From NCBI GenBank assembly GCA_025449485.1, contig JANWJG010000100.1:1-52309 (forward strand): a stretch of DNA of 52,309 nt. The letters are read 5' to 3'. Positions within the stretch are counted from its first letter, which is position 1; each line of letters starts with the position of its first letter. Below, one piece after another: positions 20,687 through 30,143 of this stretch. Below the pieces are notes generated by a model that made no database searches, had not been told where the DNA came from, and was given only the letters and a program-made list of their open reading frames with translations. This stretch comes from Nitrosotalea sp. (GTDB taxonomy: Archaea; Thermoproteota; Nitrososphaeria; Nitrososphaerales; Nitrosopumilaceae). The translations under genes were made by a program, and so were the position numbers.

Positions 20687-22006
20687 ATGTTTGAAAAATT
20701 ACGAAATGCATTTTCTGTAGCGGCTAAAAGTTTTGGAGAAAAGGAACTAAAGGAAAAAGATGTTGATGAGGTTTTGTTTGAACTTGAGATTGCATTACTG
20801 GAGTCCGATGTTGCTACTGAAGTAATTGACTCACTAAAAGATGACTTGAAAAATCAATTGATTGGCTCTACTGTCAATAAAGACAAGATTGCTGAAGTTG
20901 TCAAGCAAGAACTGCGAAAAAGCATCTCAAACATGTTCGATGATGCAGGACAAGTAGACATTCTTTCTAATATACAAAAAAAGAAGGAGACAGGAGAGCC
21001 ATACATCATTTCATTTATGGGTATAAACGGGACAGGAAAGACTACAACAATAGCTAAAGTTGCAAACCTTTTGCGCGAGAACAAATATTCTGTTGTGATT
21101 GCGGCTGCTGATACCTATAGGGCAGGTGCAATAGAGCAGATAAGTGAACATGGAAAACGACTCAACGTCAAAGTCATCGCTCAAAACTATGGCTCCGATC
21201 CTGCTGCAGTATCGCGTGATGCAGTTCTTTATGCCAAAGCACACAAAATAGATTGCATACTAATTGACACTGCTGGCAGAATGCAAACTAGCAAAAATTT
21301 GATGGACCAAATATCTAAAATTAACAAGGTGGTAAACCCTGATCTAAAATTATTTGTAGGCGATTCGTTAGCAGGAAATGATACTGTGAGTCAGGCAAGA
21401 GAGTTTCACAACTATACAAAATTTGATGGGGCTATACTTACAAAAAGTGATGCAGATGCACGAGGCGGAGCTGCTATATCTATAGTAAAAGTAACATCTA
21501 GTCCGATTCTTTACTTGGGTGTTGGACAAGAATACAAGGATCTGAAATCTTTTGACAAAGATGTGTTTCTAGCAAGTATTTTTGGTCCGCAGGAAGCTGT
21601 TGAAGATGTCAAAAAGAAAGTGACAGAACCTAAAGTTGAACTAAAACCAGAACCTAAAGTTGAACTAAAACCAGAACCTAAAGTTGAACTAAAACCAGAA
21701 CCTAAAGTTGAACTAAAACCAGAACCTGCACAAGAAATATCTGATGAGGATCCATTTGCAGGAGTTTCTACAAAAGACATTGAAAAATACTCTGATATCT
21801 TTGATGTACCGCCTCCAGAAAACGATAGTCAGGCAAGAAAACTTGCATCTGATATCCGAAAATGGATTTCTGCAGGACGACCGAAAACTAAAGATGAACC
21901 AAAATCAGAACCTAAATCTGAATTAAAAACTGAAGAGGAAGAGATTGAATCAAAAGATGAAAAACCTATAAAGAAACGTTCACTGTTTGGATGGAGAAAG
22001 AAATGA
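20687..22006 (+). CDS. ftsY: signal recognition particle receptor FtsY with C-terminal low-complexity extension
   Basis: 'GINGTGKTTT', 'DTYRAGA', 'DTAGR', 'TKSDADARGG'. Confidence 0.96.
   Translation: MFEKLRNAFSVAAKSFGEKELKEKDVDEVLFELEIALLESDVATEVIDSLKDDLKNQLIGSTVNKDKIAEVVKQELRKSISNMFDDAGQVDILSNIQKKKETGEPYIISFMGINGTGKTTTIAKVANLLRENKYSVVIAAADTYRAGAIEQISEHGKRLNVKVIAQNYGSDPAAVSRDAVLYAKAHKIDCILIDTAGRMQTSKNLMDQISKINKVVNPDLKLFVGDSLAGNDTVSQAREFHNYTKFDGAILTKSDADARGGAAISIVKVTSSPILYLGVGQEYKDLKSFDKDVFLASIFGPQEAVEDVKKKVTEPKVELKPEPKVELKPEPKVELKPEPKVELKPEPAQEISDEDPFAGVSTKDIEKYSDIFDVPPPENDSQARKLASDIRKWISAGRPKTKDEPKSEPKSELKTEEEEIESKDEKPIKKRSLFGWRKK
21624..21727 (+). repeat. perfect 24-bp tandem repeat x4.3 (CAGAACCTAAAGTTGAACTAAAAC) encoding EPKVELKP
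   Basis: Four identical units plus an 8-nt partial, read directly. Confidence 0.95.
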
Positions 22007-22917
22007 AAATAAAAACAAAAGATCTACTTACACTAAACGAGTTGAGTAAAACTGAATTGCTTGGAATAATAGAAAATGCTATAAAACTAAAGAAAGATCT
22101 CAAAAAAGGAATTTCAAAACCAATTTTAAAAAACAAATCACTTGCCATGATTTTTCAAAAGCCTTCAACTCGTACAAGGGTAAGCTTTGAAACTGGAATG
22201 TTCCAATTGGGAGGACATGCACTCAATCTATCTGCAGATGACTTGCAGCTAAAACGAGGAGAAACAATAGAAGATACCGCAAAGACGCTCTCAAGATATG
22301 TAGACATAATCATGGCTAGGGTGTATTCACATGATGAGGTGGAAATTTTGGCAAAAAATTCCACAGTTCCTGTGATAAATGGACTCTCTGATTCTTTCCA
22401 TCCATGTCAGATACTAGCAGATCTAATGACAATTAAGGAGAAAAAGAAAAAACTTGAGGGATTAAAACTTGCATGGATTGGAGATGGCAACAATGTATGC
22501 AATTCAATGATTTATGGATGTGCAAAAACATCTATTGATATTAAAATTGCAACTCCTAAAGGATACGAACCAAACTCTGACATAATAAAAGAATCAAAAA
22601 AATTCATAGATGTACAATTACTCACAGATCCAATGTCTGCAGTAAAAGACGCTGATGTTGTAGTTACTGATACGTTTGTCTCGATCCATCATCAGGCAAC
22701 AGATAGGACAAAAGACTTTCTGCCACGTTTTCAAGTAAACTCTAATTTGATGAAAAAAGCAGATCATGAAGCAATATTCTTACATTGTCTTCCTGCAAAA
22801 AGAGGTCAAGAAGTTACAAGTGAAGTGATAGATGGTCCACAGTCTGTAATATGGGATGAAGCAGAAAATAGACTTCATGCACAAAAGGCATTGATGGTTT
22901 TACTGCTCCGAGTCTAA
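22003..22917 (+). CDS. argF: ornithine carbamoyltransferase
   Basis: 'STRTR', 'HPCQ', 'FLHCLP', 'AENR'; start ATG 22003 overlapping the ftsY stop. Confidence 0.95.
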   Translation: MKIKTKDLLTLNELSKTELLGIIENAIKLKKDLKKGISKPILKNKSLAMIFQKPSTRTRVSFETGMFQLGGHALNLSADDLQLKRGETIEDTAKTLSRYVDIIMARVYSHDEVEILAKNSTVPVINGLSDSFHPCQILADLMTIKEKKKKLEGLKLAWIGDGNNVCNSMIYGCAKTSIDIKIATPKGYEPNSDIIKESKKFIDVQLLTDPMSAVKDADVVVTDTFVSIHHQATDRTKDFLPRFQVNSNLMKKADHEAIFLHCLPAKRGQEVTSEVIDGPQSVIWDEAENRLHAQKALMVLLLRV

Positions 22918-22964
22918 CGTTTATAAGAGCTTCACCAAAATTTTTTGTAAATAGGCTTAGTATA

Positions 22965-23453
22965 ATGGCATATTCACAAATATTACGTAGATCTCGGGAT
23001 GAGAAAACCAACTACAAGAAGAGAAGACATCTTCTTATGGGTAGGAGAGACTTTATCACAGTTCAGATATCTAACGAAAATACTCTAGTACAGATTCACA
23101 AGCCAGAAATGGAAGGTGACAAAGTTCTTTCATCAGCTCATTCTAGATCGCTTCTAAACAAGGGCTGGAAAGGCTCAAGAAAAAGTATCCCAGCTGCATA
23201 TCTTACTGGTTATCTGGCAGGCAAGAAAGCACTTGCAAGTGGAACCAAGAGTGCTGTACTTTATACCGGTACTAGAAAATATACTCAAAGAATTGCAGCA
23301 GCATTGAAAGGAATAATAGATGCAGGTCTAGAAGTTCCCGCAGACGCAGAAACTTTTCCATCTGATGAGAGGATAAGTGGTAAGCATCTTAAAATTGCAA
23401 ATGAAATAAGCAAAGTAAAATCTGCAATAGATAGTGAGGTTAAATCCAAATGA
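22965..23453 (+). CDS. rpl18: 50S ribosomal protein L18
   Basis: 'KTNYKKRR', 'PAAYLTG', 'GIIDAGLEVP'. Confidence 0.95.
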   Translation: MAYSQILRRSRDEKTNYKKRRHLLMGRRDFITVQISNENTLVQIHKPEMEGDKVLSSAHSRSLLNKGWKGSRKSIPAAYLTGYLAGKKALASGTKSAVLYTGTRKYTQRIAAALKGIIDAGLEVPADAETFPSDERISGKHLKIANEISKVKSAIDSEVKSK

Positions 23454-24085
23454 GTAGAACAGAACAGAGATCAAGACCACCAAGAAGAGAACCAGAACAA
23501 GTATGGACTCCCAGAACAAAATTGGGAACACTAGTGGCCACTGATAAAATCACATCCATGAAAGAAATTTATGAAAACGGTTATCGCATTCAAGAAGCTG
23601 GCATTATCAAAAAATTACTGCCAGGAATTAAAACAGAAGTAATTGATGTTGGAATTGTTCAAAAACAAACAACCAACGGTGAGTACACTAGATTCAAGGC
23701 ACTAGTAGCAGCAGGAGACGAAAATGGTTGGTTGGGAATAGGACAAGGAAAATCAAAACAAATGAGAATTGCAATCGAAAAGGCAACAAATCAAGCTTAT
23801 CTTAATGTGAGTCCAGTCAAACTTGGCTGTGGAAGTTGGGAGTGTAGATGTGAACAACCTCATTCCGTTCCATTCAAAGTAAGAGGAAGAGGTGGAAGTG
23901 TCACCGTCGAAGTTATTCCGGGACCAAGAGGTCTTGGACTTGTTGCTGGTGGAAATATACGAAATCTTCTAAAATTAGCAGGTTTGAAGGACGCATGGAC
24001 AAAAAGTACAGGTTCTACAAACACTATGACTTCTACATCAAGAGCAGTCTTGGACTGTTTGAGACAAACATTTAGTCAGGGTTGA
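23450..24085 (+). CDS. rps5: 30S ribosomal protein S5
   Basis: 'WTPRTKLG', 'GCGSWEC.C..PHSVP', 'PGPRGLGLVAG'. Confidence 0.96.
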   Translation: MSRTEQRSRPPRREPEQVWTPRTKLGTLVATDKITSMKEIYENGYRIQEAGIIKKLLPGIKTEVIDVGIVQKQTTNGEYTRFKALVAAGDENGWLGIGQGKSKQMRIAIEKATNQAYLNVSPVKLGCGSWECRCEQPHSVPFKVRGRGGSVTVEVIPGPRGLGLVAGGNIRNLLKLAGLKDAWTKSTGSTNTMTSTSRAVLDCLRQTFSQG

Positions 24086-24561
24086 ATGAAAAAATGGGTA
24101 AAGCTTTCTTAATAGTTAGAATGAAAGGAACGGTCAATGTTCCTTATTGGGCAAGAACCACTATGGATCTTTTGCATTTAGATAAAAGATTCCGTGCTAC
24201 TATAATTCCAGAAAAAGATAACACAAAAGGTATGCTCGATAAGATCAAACATTATGTGTCCTGGCAAGAGATTGATGTATCCACTACAAAGGAACTCTTG
24301 GAGAAGAAAGCACGTACAGGCGGTTATAAAAAACTCACAGCAGAAGATATGACAAAATTAGGTTTCAAAAATACTGATGAACTTGCAAAATCCCTTACAG
24401 AAGGATCTGCAGTACTATCAAAACTAAAACCACTAAAACCATGGTTTGCTCTGTCACCACCAAAACATGGATTCAAACGAAATACCAAGAAGATGTATGG
24501 AGAAGGAGGAATTCTTGGTAGTCACAAAGAACTCTTAGCACAAGTGAGGTTTATGATGTAA
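24082..24561 (+). CDS. rpl30: 50S ribosomal protein L30
   Basis: Archaeal long L30 'LKPWFALSPPKHGF'; spc-operon position. Confidence 0.93.
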   Translation: MNEKMGKAFLIVRMKGTVNVPYWARTTMDLLHLDKRFRATIIPEKDNTKGMLDKIKHYVSWQEIDVSTTKELLEKKARTGGYKKLTAEDMTKLGFKNTDELAKSLTEGSAVLSKLKPLKPWFALSPPKHGFKRNTKKMYGEGGILGSHKELLAQVRFMM

Positions 24562-24562
24562 A

Positions 24563-24985
24563 ATGCCAACAAGAGCAAGAAAAACAAGAAAATATCGAGG
24601 AAGTAGACACTGTGGTTGGGGACAAATAGGCCAACATAGAGCCAGTGGTCACAAAGGAGGACTTGGTCAATCTGGTTTGCACAAGCATCATTTTATCAGA
24701 ATGTTAATGACTGATCCAAAACACTTTGGTCACGATTCCACTCACCCACCACATCCAAATCTAGTCCGAAAATGGGCCAGCGTAAGAGATCTGGATGATA
24801 TCTTTGCTAAATTTGGAAAACAGGAAGGTGGCAAGAAATTGATAGACCTTACTGAACTAGGCTACGACAAGCTGTTGGGAGGAGGACAGACTGAAAATGC
24901 TTATGTTGTTAAGGTGGAAAAATTCTCTGCTTCCGCCGAAGAAAAAGTAAAACAATCTGGTGGCGAGGTGCAAGCAGTAGCTTGA
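24563..24985 (+). CDS. rpl15: 50S ribosomal protein L15
   Basis: 'RGSRHCGWG..GQHR.SG.KGG', 'YDKLLGGG'. Confidence 0.95.
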   Translation: MPTRARKTRKYRGSRHCGWGQIGQHRASGHKGGLGQSGLHKHHFIRMLMTDPKHFGHDSTHPPHPNLVRKWASVRDLDDIFAKFGKQEGGKKLIDLTELGYDKLLGGGQTENAYVVKVEKFSASAEEKVKQSGGEVQAVA

Positions 24986-26421
24986 CAGCAGAAGAAGGCT
25001 CTACCTCTGGCGGTTTTTTAAAAACAATCATCTCAAAAGCTGAAGTCTATATTCCACAAGTACCAAAACCAAAAAAGAAAATTCCACTTCAGGTTCGTTT
25101 GATGTGGTGTGGAATTGCATTATTCATTTACATGATTATGGGACAGACACCTCTATACGGTGCATCTACACCATCATTTGATTTTCTTGCATTTGCTAGA
25201 GTAATTTTTGCATCACAACAAGGTACCCTGATTGAACTTGGAATCGGACCTATTGTTACTGCTGGACTCTTGATGCAACTCCTAAAAGGTTCTGAGATAT
25301 TTCATCTTGATTTTAAGAAACCAGAAGACAGAGAGTTGTATCAAACAGCAACCAAAATTGTTACCTATATTGTAATCATTGCAGAATCTTCTCTGTATGG
25401 AATGGCAGTCTATGGACCAAGAATGCCAAACCATGAAGCTATCTTCATTCTGATAGGACAACTAATCGGCGCATCTGTGATAATCATGTTGCTAGATGAA
25501 CTAGTCCAAAAGGGATGGGGACTTGGAAGTGGAATTAGTTTGTTTATTGCAGCAGGTGTTGCTCAACAGGTAATGTGGAGCTTGTTTAGCCCAGTTCCTG
25601 CTGGAGATGGAGGCCCTGTAGGTGTATTTGCAAATATCATACATGGTATACTGCATAGTGATTTTAGTAATCTCTTTTTCCGGTCTAACCAGCTGCCTGG
25701 CATATTTGGCCTGCTCATAACGGCTGGAGTCTTGCTGATTCTTGTATATACACAAGGAATCAAGGTGGAGATACCTATCGTATCTACCAAGTACAGAGGA
25801 TTCTCTGCAGTATATCCAATCAAGTTGATGTACGTATCCAACATTCCAGTAATCTTGGCTTCTGCTCTTACTGCCAATGCAGTATTTGTAGGACAAATCA
25901 TGTGGGCCAACTTTAACCCTCGAAATGCAAATCCATTCCTGAATTTCTTGGGAATGTTTGATCCTACCTCTCCATCCACCCCTACAGGAGGTATACTGTA
26001 CTATGTCACTGCACCACGTGGTCTTGATATTGTTGCATTAGATCCAACACGAGCTATTTTGTACATCTTGTTCATGGTTGGAATTGTGGTATTGTTTGGT
26101 AGGCTGTGGATTGAGCTTGGAGGTCTTTCTGCAAAGAGTGCCGCCAAAAACCTACTTGACGCAGAAGTGCAGATACCTGGCTTTAGACGTTCAAACCAGC
26201 CTGTTGAAAATCTACTTCAAAAATACATTCCGTCTGTTACTATAATCGGTTCTATCATACTGGGATTGTTGGCCGGTACATCTGATGTACTTGGAACATT
26301 TGGATCAGGGACAGGAATGTTGTTGACAGTTGATATCTTGATTAACTATTACAATTTACTTGTTCGAGAACGAGTCGAGGAAGTAATGCCTACCCTGGGT
26401 GCATTGCTTGGCAGAAAGTAA
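24982..26421 (+). CDS. secY: preprotein translocase subunit SecY
   Basis: 'ELGIGPIVTAG', 'GLGSGISLFI', 'YVSNIPVIL', 'GTGMLLTV'. Confidence 0.97.
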   Translation: MTAEEGSTSGGFLKTIISKAEVYIPQVPKPKKKIPLQVRLMWCGIALFIYMIMGQTPLYGASTPSFDFLAFARVIFASQQGTLIELGIGPIVTAGLLMQLLKGSEIFHLDFKKPEDRELYQTATKIVTYIVIIAESSLYGMAVYGPRMPNHEAIFILIGQLIGASVIIMLLDELVQKGWGLGSGISLFIAAGVAQQVMWSLFSPVPAGDGGPVGVFANIIHGILHSDFSNLFFRSNQLPGIFGLLITAGVLLILVYTQGIKVEIPIVSTKYRGFSAVYPIKLMYVSNIPVILASALTANAVFVGQIMWANFNPRNANPFLNFLGMFDPTSPSTPTGGILYYVTAPRGLDIVALDPTRAILYILFMVGIVVLFGRLWIELGGLSAKSAAKNLLDAEVQIPGFRRSNQPVENLLQKYIPSVTIIGSIILGLLAGTSDVLGTFGSGTGMLLTVDILINYYNLLVRERVEEVMPTLGALLGRK

Positions 26422-26998
26422 GAAAGTAATCATTGTAGGAATTCCAGGCGTTGGAAAAACTACCGTCGTATCGCGTGTAGTGGAGCTGTTAAAAGAAAAA
26501 AATATCAAGGTAAGTGTCTCAATTTTTGGAACAGTAATGTTTGATGAAGCAAAAAAGAAAGGCGTCCAAAATAGAGATGATTTGAGAAAACTCTCTGTCA
26601 AGGAACAAAAGGAACTACAATCTACGGCTGCAAGAACCATATCCTCTATAGCCGATGACGTGATAATTGTGGATACACATGCGTTTATTTCCACAAAAGA
26701 GGGGTTTTATCCTGGACTTCCACACAATGTTTTAGAAATTCTTAATCCTGATAGTTTTATCATGATAACCGCACGACCTGAAGAGATCTATAATCGTAGA
26801 ATGACTGATACCAGTAGAACTAGAGATATTGTATCAATTGATGCCATAAAAAAAGAACTTGATGTTACAAGCGCAATGCTGTCAACTTGCTCAATACTTT
26901 GTGGTTCGCCAATTAAGATGGTTCTCAATACAGAAGGTAAAGTTGATGAAGCGGCACGAGGTATTCTAAATGCAATGGGGTTTAACAATGGAACATAG
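26408..26998 (+). CDS. adkA: adenylate kinase (archaeal)
   Basis: P-loop 'GIPGVGKTT', 'DTHA', 'GFYPGLP'; likely TTG start 26408. Confidence 0.93.
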   Translation: MAESKKVIIVGIPGVGKTTVVSRVVELLKEKNIKVSVSIFGTVMFDEAKKKGVQNRDDLRKLSVKEQKELQSTAARTISSIADDVIIVDTHAFISTKEGFYPGLPHNVLEILNPDSFIMITARPEEIYNRRMTDTSRTRDIVSIDAIKKELDVTSAMLSTCSILCGSPIKMVLNTEGKVDEAARGILNAMGFNNGT

Positions 26999-27620
26999 CA
27001 TATTTTTCGATTTCATAAATTCAATAGCACTCCAGATACCTGGACTGAGCAAGGGACCACTGGGAAGTGCAAATCCTATAGTAAAGGGAATGATTGCTTC
27101 TGCCTTTGGTATCATGGGCATTTCTGTAGGACTCAACCTGCTTAATGCACTGATAAAACGAAAGATGGTAGACCAAGAGAAACTCAAAAGGCTTCTAAAA
27201 GAAACAAGGGCTTGGCAAAAGGAAAGAATGGCCGCATTCAAATCAAAAGATCTGGCAAAGACAGATGAGCTCAACAAAAAATCTGCATACATGAACAAGA
27301 TGAACATGGAAGTGATGCAGATGAACATGAGACCAATGATGATTACATTTCTTCCATTGATACTTGTGTTTTATTTTGTGCTTCCTCCATTATTTGCTTA
27401 TACTGTTGCAGTCGCACCCATATCGCTAAACTTTATCCCTGGGGGATTTTTCGAATTGACGTGTACTGCCGCCAAGGTGGCAGAATCTCAACTTGCTGGT
27501 CATCCAAGTGTGTGTCATCATGTAAATGAATTGTATTTCTGGGCATGGTACTTCCTTTCATCTGCTGCCTTTAGTGGTATCATAATGAGAGTTACAAAAA
27601 CTACAATGGATACAAGCTAA
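26988..27620 (+). CDS. EMC3/TMCO1 (DUF106, Oxa1-superfamily) membrane protein
   Basis: TM - coiled coil - 'MRPMMITFLP' - 'WYFLSS'; conserved position after adk. Confidence 0.85.
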   Translation: MEHSIFFDFINSIALQIPGLSKGPLGSANPIVKGMIASAFGIMGISVGLNLLNALIKRKMVDQEKLKRLLKETRAWQKERMAAFKSKDLAKTDELNKKSAYMNKMNMEVMQMNMRPMMITFLPLILVFYFVLPPLFAYTVAVAPISLNFIPGGFFELTCTAAKVAESQLAGHPSVCHHVNELYFWAWYFLSSAAFSGIIMRVTKTTMDTS

Positions 27621-27621
27621 A

Positions 27622-28206
27622 TTGCTTCGCTCAGTAATAATTTCTGGTCCACCAGCCATTGGAAAGACTACAATAGCAAAAGGACTGGGAAATGAATTTG
27701 GTTTAAAGTACTTGAGTGGGGGCGATGTGCTAAAAGAGATGGCAAAAGATCAAGGCTTTGAGACTGACAGGGATGATTTTTGGGATACTCAAGAAGGAAT
27801 GAATTTTCTAAATATTCGAAAAAAAAATCCTGAATTTGACAAACAGGTAGATGAAAAACTAAAAAAAATATTTTTGACTGAGAATGTAATCATAACAAGC
27901 TACACCTTGCCTTGGCTAGTAAAAGACGGCATCAAAATTTGGCTTGCAGGCTCGCGCGAAGACAGTGCCAAAAGGATGACAATGAGAGATGACATTTCTA
28001 TGCAAGATGCACTTGAGATAGTCAAAAAGCGATATGATGAAAACAAGACATTATATCACAAGCTTTATGGTTTTAACTTTGGTGAAGATCTTTCTGTGTT
28101 CAATGCTGTGATAAATACTGATAATCTTGGACCTGCCCAAGTTCTTGAACAAGCAAAAAATGCGGTGAAAAATTACTATGACTCTCAAACAATTACAAAA
28201 TCTTAG
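27622..28206 (+). CDS. cmk: cytidylate kinase
   Basis: 'SGPPAIGKTT', 'DKQVD', archaeal position before cbf5. Confidence 0.9.
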   Translation: MLRSVIISGPPAIGKTTIAKGLGNEFGLKYLSGGDVLKEMAKDQGFETDRDDFWDTQEGMNFLNIRKKNPEFDKQVDEKLKKIFLTENVIITSYTLPWLVKDGIKIWLAGSREDSAKRMTMRDDISMQDALEIVKKRYDENKTLYHKLYGFNFGEDLSVFNAVINTDNLGPAQVLEQAKNAVKNYYDSQTITKS

Positions 28207-29176
28207 AGTGATAGACCAAGACATCACAAATGATGTCTATGGTACATATTATGACAAGAGATCAATTGAACAACTTTTGGAATATGGTTTTATCTTACTA
28301 GACAAGCCAAACGGTCCAACAAGCCATGAGACTGTGGCATGGGTAAAAAAAATACTGCACGTTCCAAAGGCAGGTCACAGTGGAACACTTGACCCTCAAG
28401 TCTCTGGACTTTTACCAATAGGACTGGGAGAGGCAACCAAAGCTCTCATAGTTTTATTGCTTGGACCAAAAGAATATCATGCTCTTGGGAGATTGCATAC
28501 ACTTCCGCCTCAGGAAAAACTGGCTGATGTACTCAAGCAACTAACAGGCAAAATCTTTCAAAAACCACCGCAAAGATCTGCCGTATCAAGGCAAACTAGA
28601 ATCAGACATGTATATGAAATTGAAGTCATAGAACAAAAAGAAAGACTGCTGCTTCTTAGAATTTTATGTGAAGCAGGAACCTATGTGAGGAAAATTTTCT
28701 ATGACATGGGAGAAATTCTTAGCGAGGGTGCAACAATGATAGAACTTAGGAGAACTAGGGTGGGGCACTTTAACGAGGATTCCAATCTAGTGAAAATGCA
28801 TGACCTTGTTGATGCATATGCCTTGTGGAAAGAAAATGGTGATGACACAAAACTACGTAGAATAATGATGCCAATAGAATTTACGTTAAGCGAGATAAAG
28901 TCTGTTGTAATAAGAGATTCGGCAGTTGATGCATTATGTCATGGGGCACAACTTGCAATACCTGGAATCTTGGAAATCTCACCTGGACTAAAGCGTGGAG
29001 ATTTTGTTGCTATATACACACAAAAAGGTGAGGTGGTAGCACTAGCAGAAGCCACCCTTGACGAAGATGAAATTGTTGAAAACACCAAAGGCTTTGCCTT
29101 TAAGATAAAAAGAATCATTATGGCTCCAAATACATATCCGAAAAGTTGGAGATCAAAGGCAGTAGTTAACAATTAA
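28178..29176 (+). CDS. cbf5: H/ACA RNA-guided pseudouridine synthase Cbf5
   Basis: 'LDKPNGPTSHE', 'GHSGTLDP', PUA domain. Confidence 0.96.
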   Translation: MTLKQLQNLRVIDQDITNDVYGTYYDKRSIEQLLEYGFILLDKPNGPTSHETVAWVKKILHVPKAGHSGTLDPQVSGLLPIGLGEATKALIVLLLGPKEYHALGRLHTLPPQEKLADVLKQLTGKIFQKPPQRSAVSRQTRIRHVYEIEVIEQKERLLLLRILCEAGTYVRKIFYDMGEILSEGATMIELRRTRVGHFNEDSNLVKMHDLVDAYALWKENGDDTKLRRIMMPIEFTLSEIKSVVIRDSAVDALCHGAQLAIPGILEISPGLKRGDFVAIYTQKGEVVALAEATLDEDEIVENTKGFAFKIKRIIMAPNTYPKSWRSKAVVNN

Positions 29177-29203
29177 AAAGGAATCAAACTTGAATTTTTC
29201 AAG

Positions 29204-29653
29204 TTGATACCAAAAGGTGCAGCCATATTTTTCATCGTGGGACTGGTTGCTGCCGGAATGTTAGGCATCTATCTCTCACAGGTTACAAATCAAATTCCTA
29301 CTCTAGTCTATACAGAAGGACCGTCTCTGACTATTATTCCGGAAAAGATCAACTATCATCTTGGGGAACCAGTTCGTATAAAAATAATAAACTCGGGAAC
29401 GGTACCACTCACGTTTTCAGATGCGTCATATGGTCTGAAAATTGCACAACTTGATGGTACCATAATATACACTCCAATATCTGCCCAGGTGGTTTCCAAG
29501 CTAGGTCCTAACGAGGAAAAAAACTTTGTATGGGATCAAATCAAGACAGATGGAAGCAAAACGTATCAGGGACGATATAAAATAATTTCAAGTGCATCTT
29601 TAGATTCAGGTGAAATATTGAAAAAGTCTGTTACGATAAATATTTTCAAATAA
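29204..29653 (+). CDS. membrane-anchored hypothetical protein with Ig-like beta domain
   Basis: N-terminal TM, beta-rich body ('Y..GEPV.I.I.N.G', 'L.P.E...F.W.Q', 'G.Y.I'). Confidence 0.7.
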   Translation: MIPKGAAIFFIVGLVAAGMLGIYLSQVTNQIPTLVYTEGPSLTIIPEKINYHLGEPVRIKIINSGTVPLTFSDASYGLKIAQLDGTIIYTPISAQVVSKLGPNEEKNFVWDQIKTDGSKTYQGRYKIISSASLDSGEILKKSVTINIFK

Positions 29654-29699
29654 ATTTCTTGTAAAATGATTTTGCTGATTTCTTGATTTTATATGACAT

Positions 29700-30080
29700 T
29701 TATTTTGATTTTGACCATTTTTTCATCCATTGTAAAAGGTCTATCATGGACTCGACTAGTTCCTGTCCTTTATTGGTAAGTTTGTATTCTACCCTTGGCG
29801 GAATTTCATTATAAGACAACCTTTCCAATACTCCGCTTTTTTCAAGTTCTTTTAATCTTGTAGCAAGTGTCTTGCTGCTGATTCCTTTCAAAGCTTGCTT
29901 GAATTGTTTGTATCTTACGGGTTGTGTTGTGCAGCACAAAGGAATTAAAATCTCAAGTGTGCCCCTCTTTGTAATTATCTTTCTAAGCCTGGATGTCTCT
30001 GACATTAGAGAAGAGGCATCATATCCGTCAAAATTGCAACTATCTTTAACCATTGGGAGTGATTTTCTTTTAGTTTCCAT
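29700..30080 (-). CDS. HxlR (DUF24) family winged-helix regulator
   Basis: 'RYKQFKQALKGISSKTLATRLKELE..G...R..YNEIPPRVEYKLT.KG'; likely start ATG 30080 (track extends to 30173). Confidence 0.9.
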   Translation of the reverse strand: METKRKSLPMVKDSCNFDGYDASSLMSETSRLRKIITKRGTLEILIPLCCTTQPVRYKQFKQALKGISSKTLATRLKELEKSGVLERLSYNEIPPRVEYKLTNKGQELVESMIDLLQWMKKWSKSK

Positions 30081-30120
30081 TTTTACACCAACTGTTATTG
30101 TTTCTCCTTGACAACTTAAA

Positions 30121-30139
30121 TGGTTTACTTTGTAAACCA
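30121..30139. promoter_or_regulatory. perfect palindrome TGGTTTAC-TTT-GTAAACCA; probable operator of the divergent HxlR regulator
   Basis: 8-bp arms immediately before arsM ATG 30144 and just downstream of TATA-like CTTAAA. Confidence 0.7.
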
Positions 30140-30143
30140 ATCC

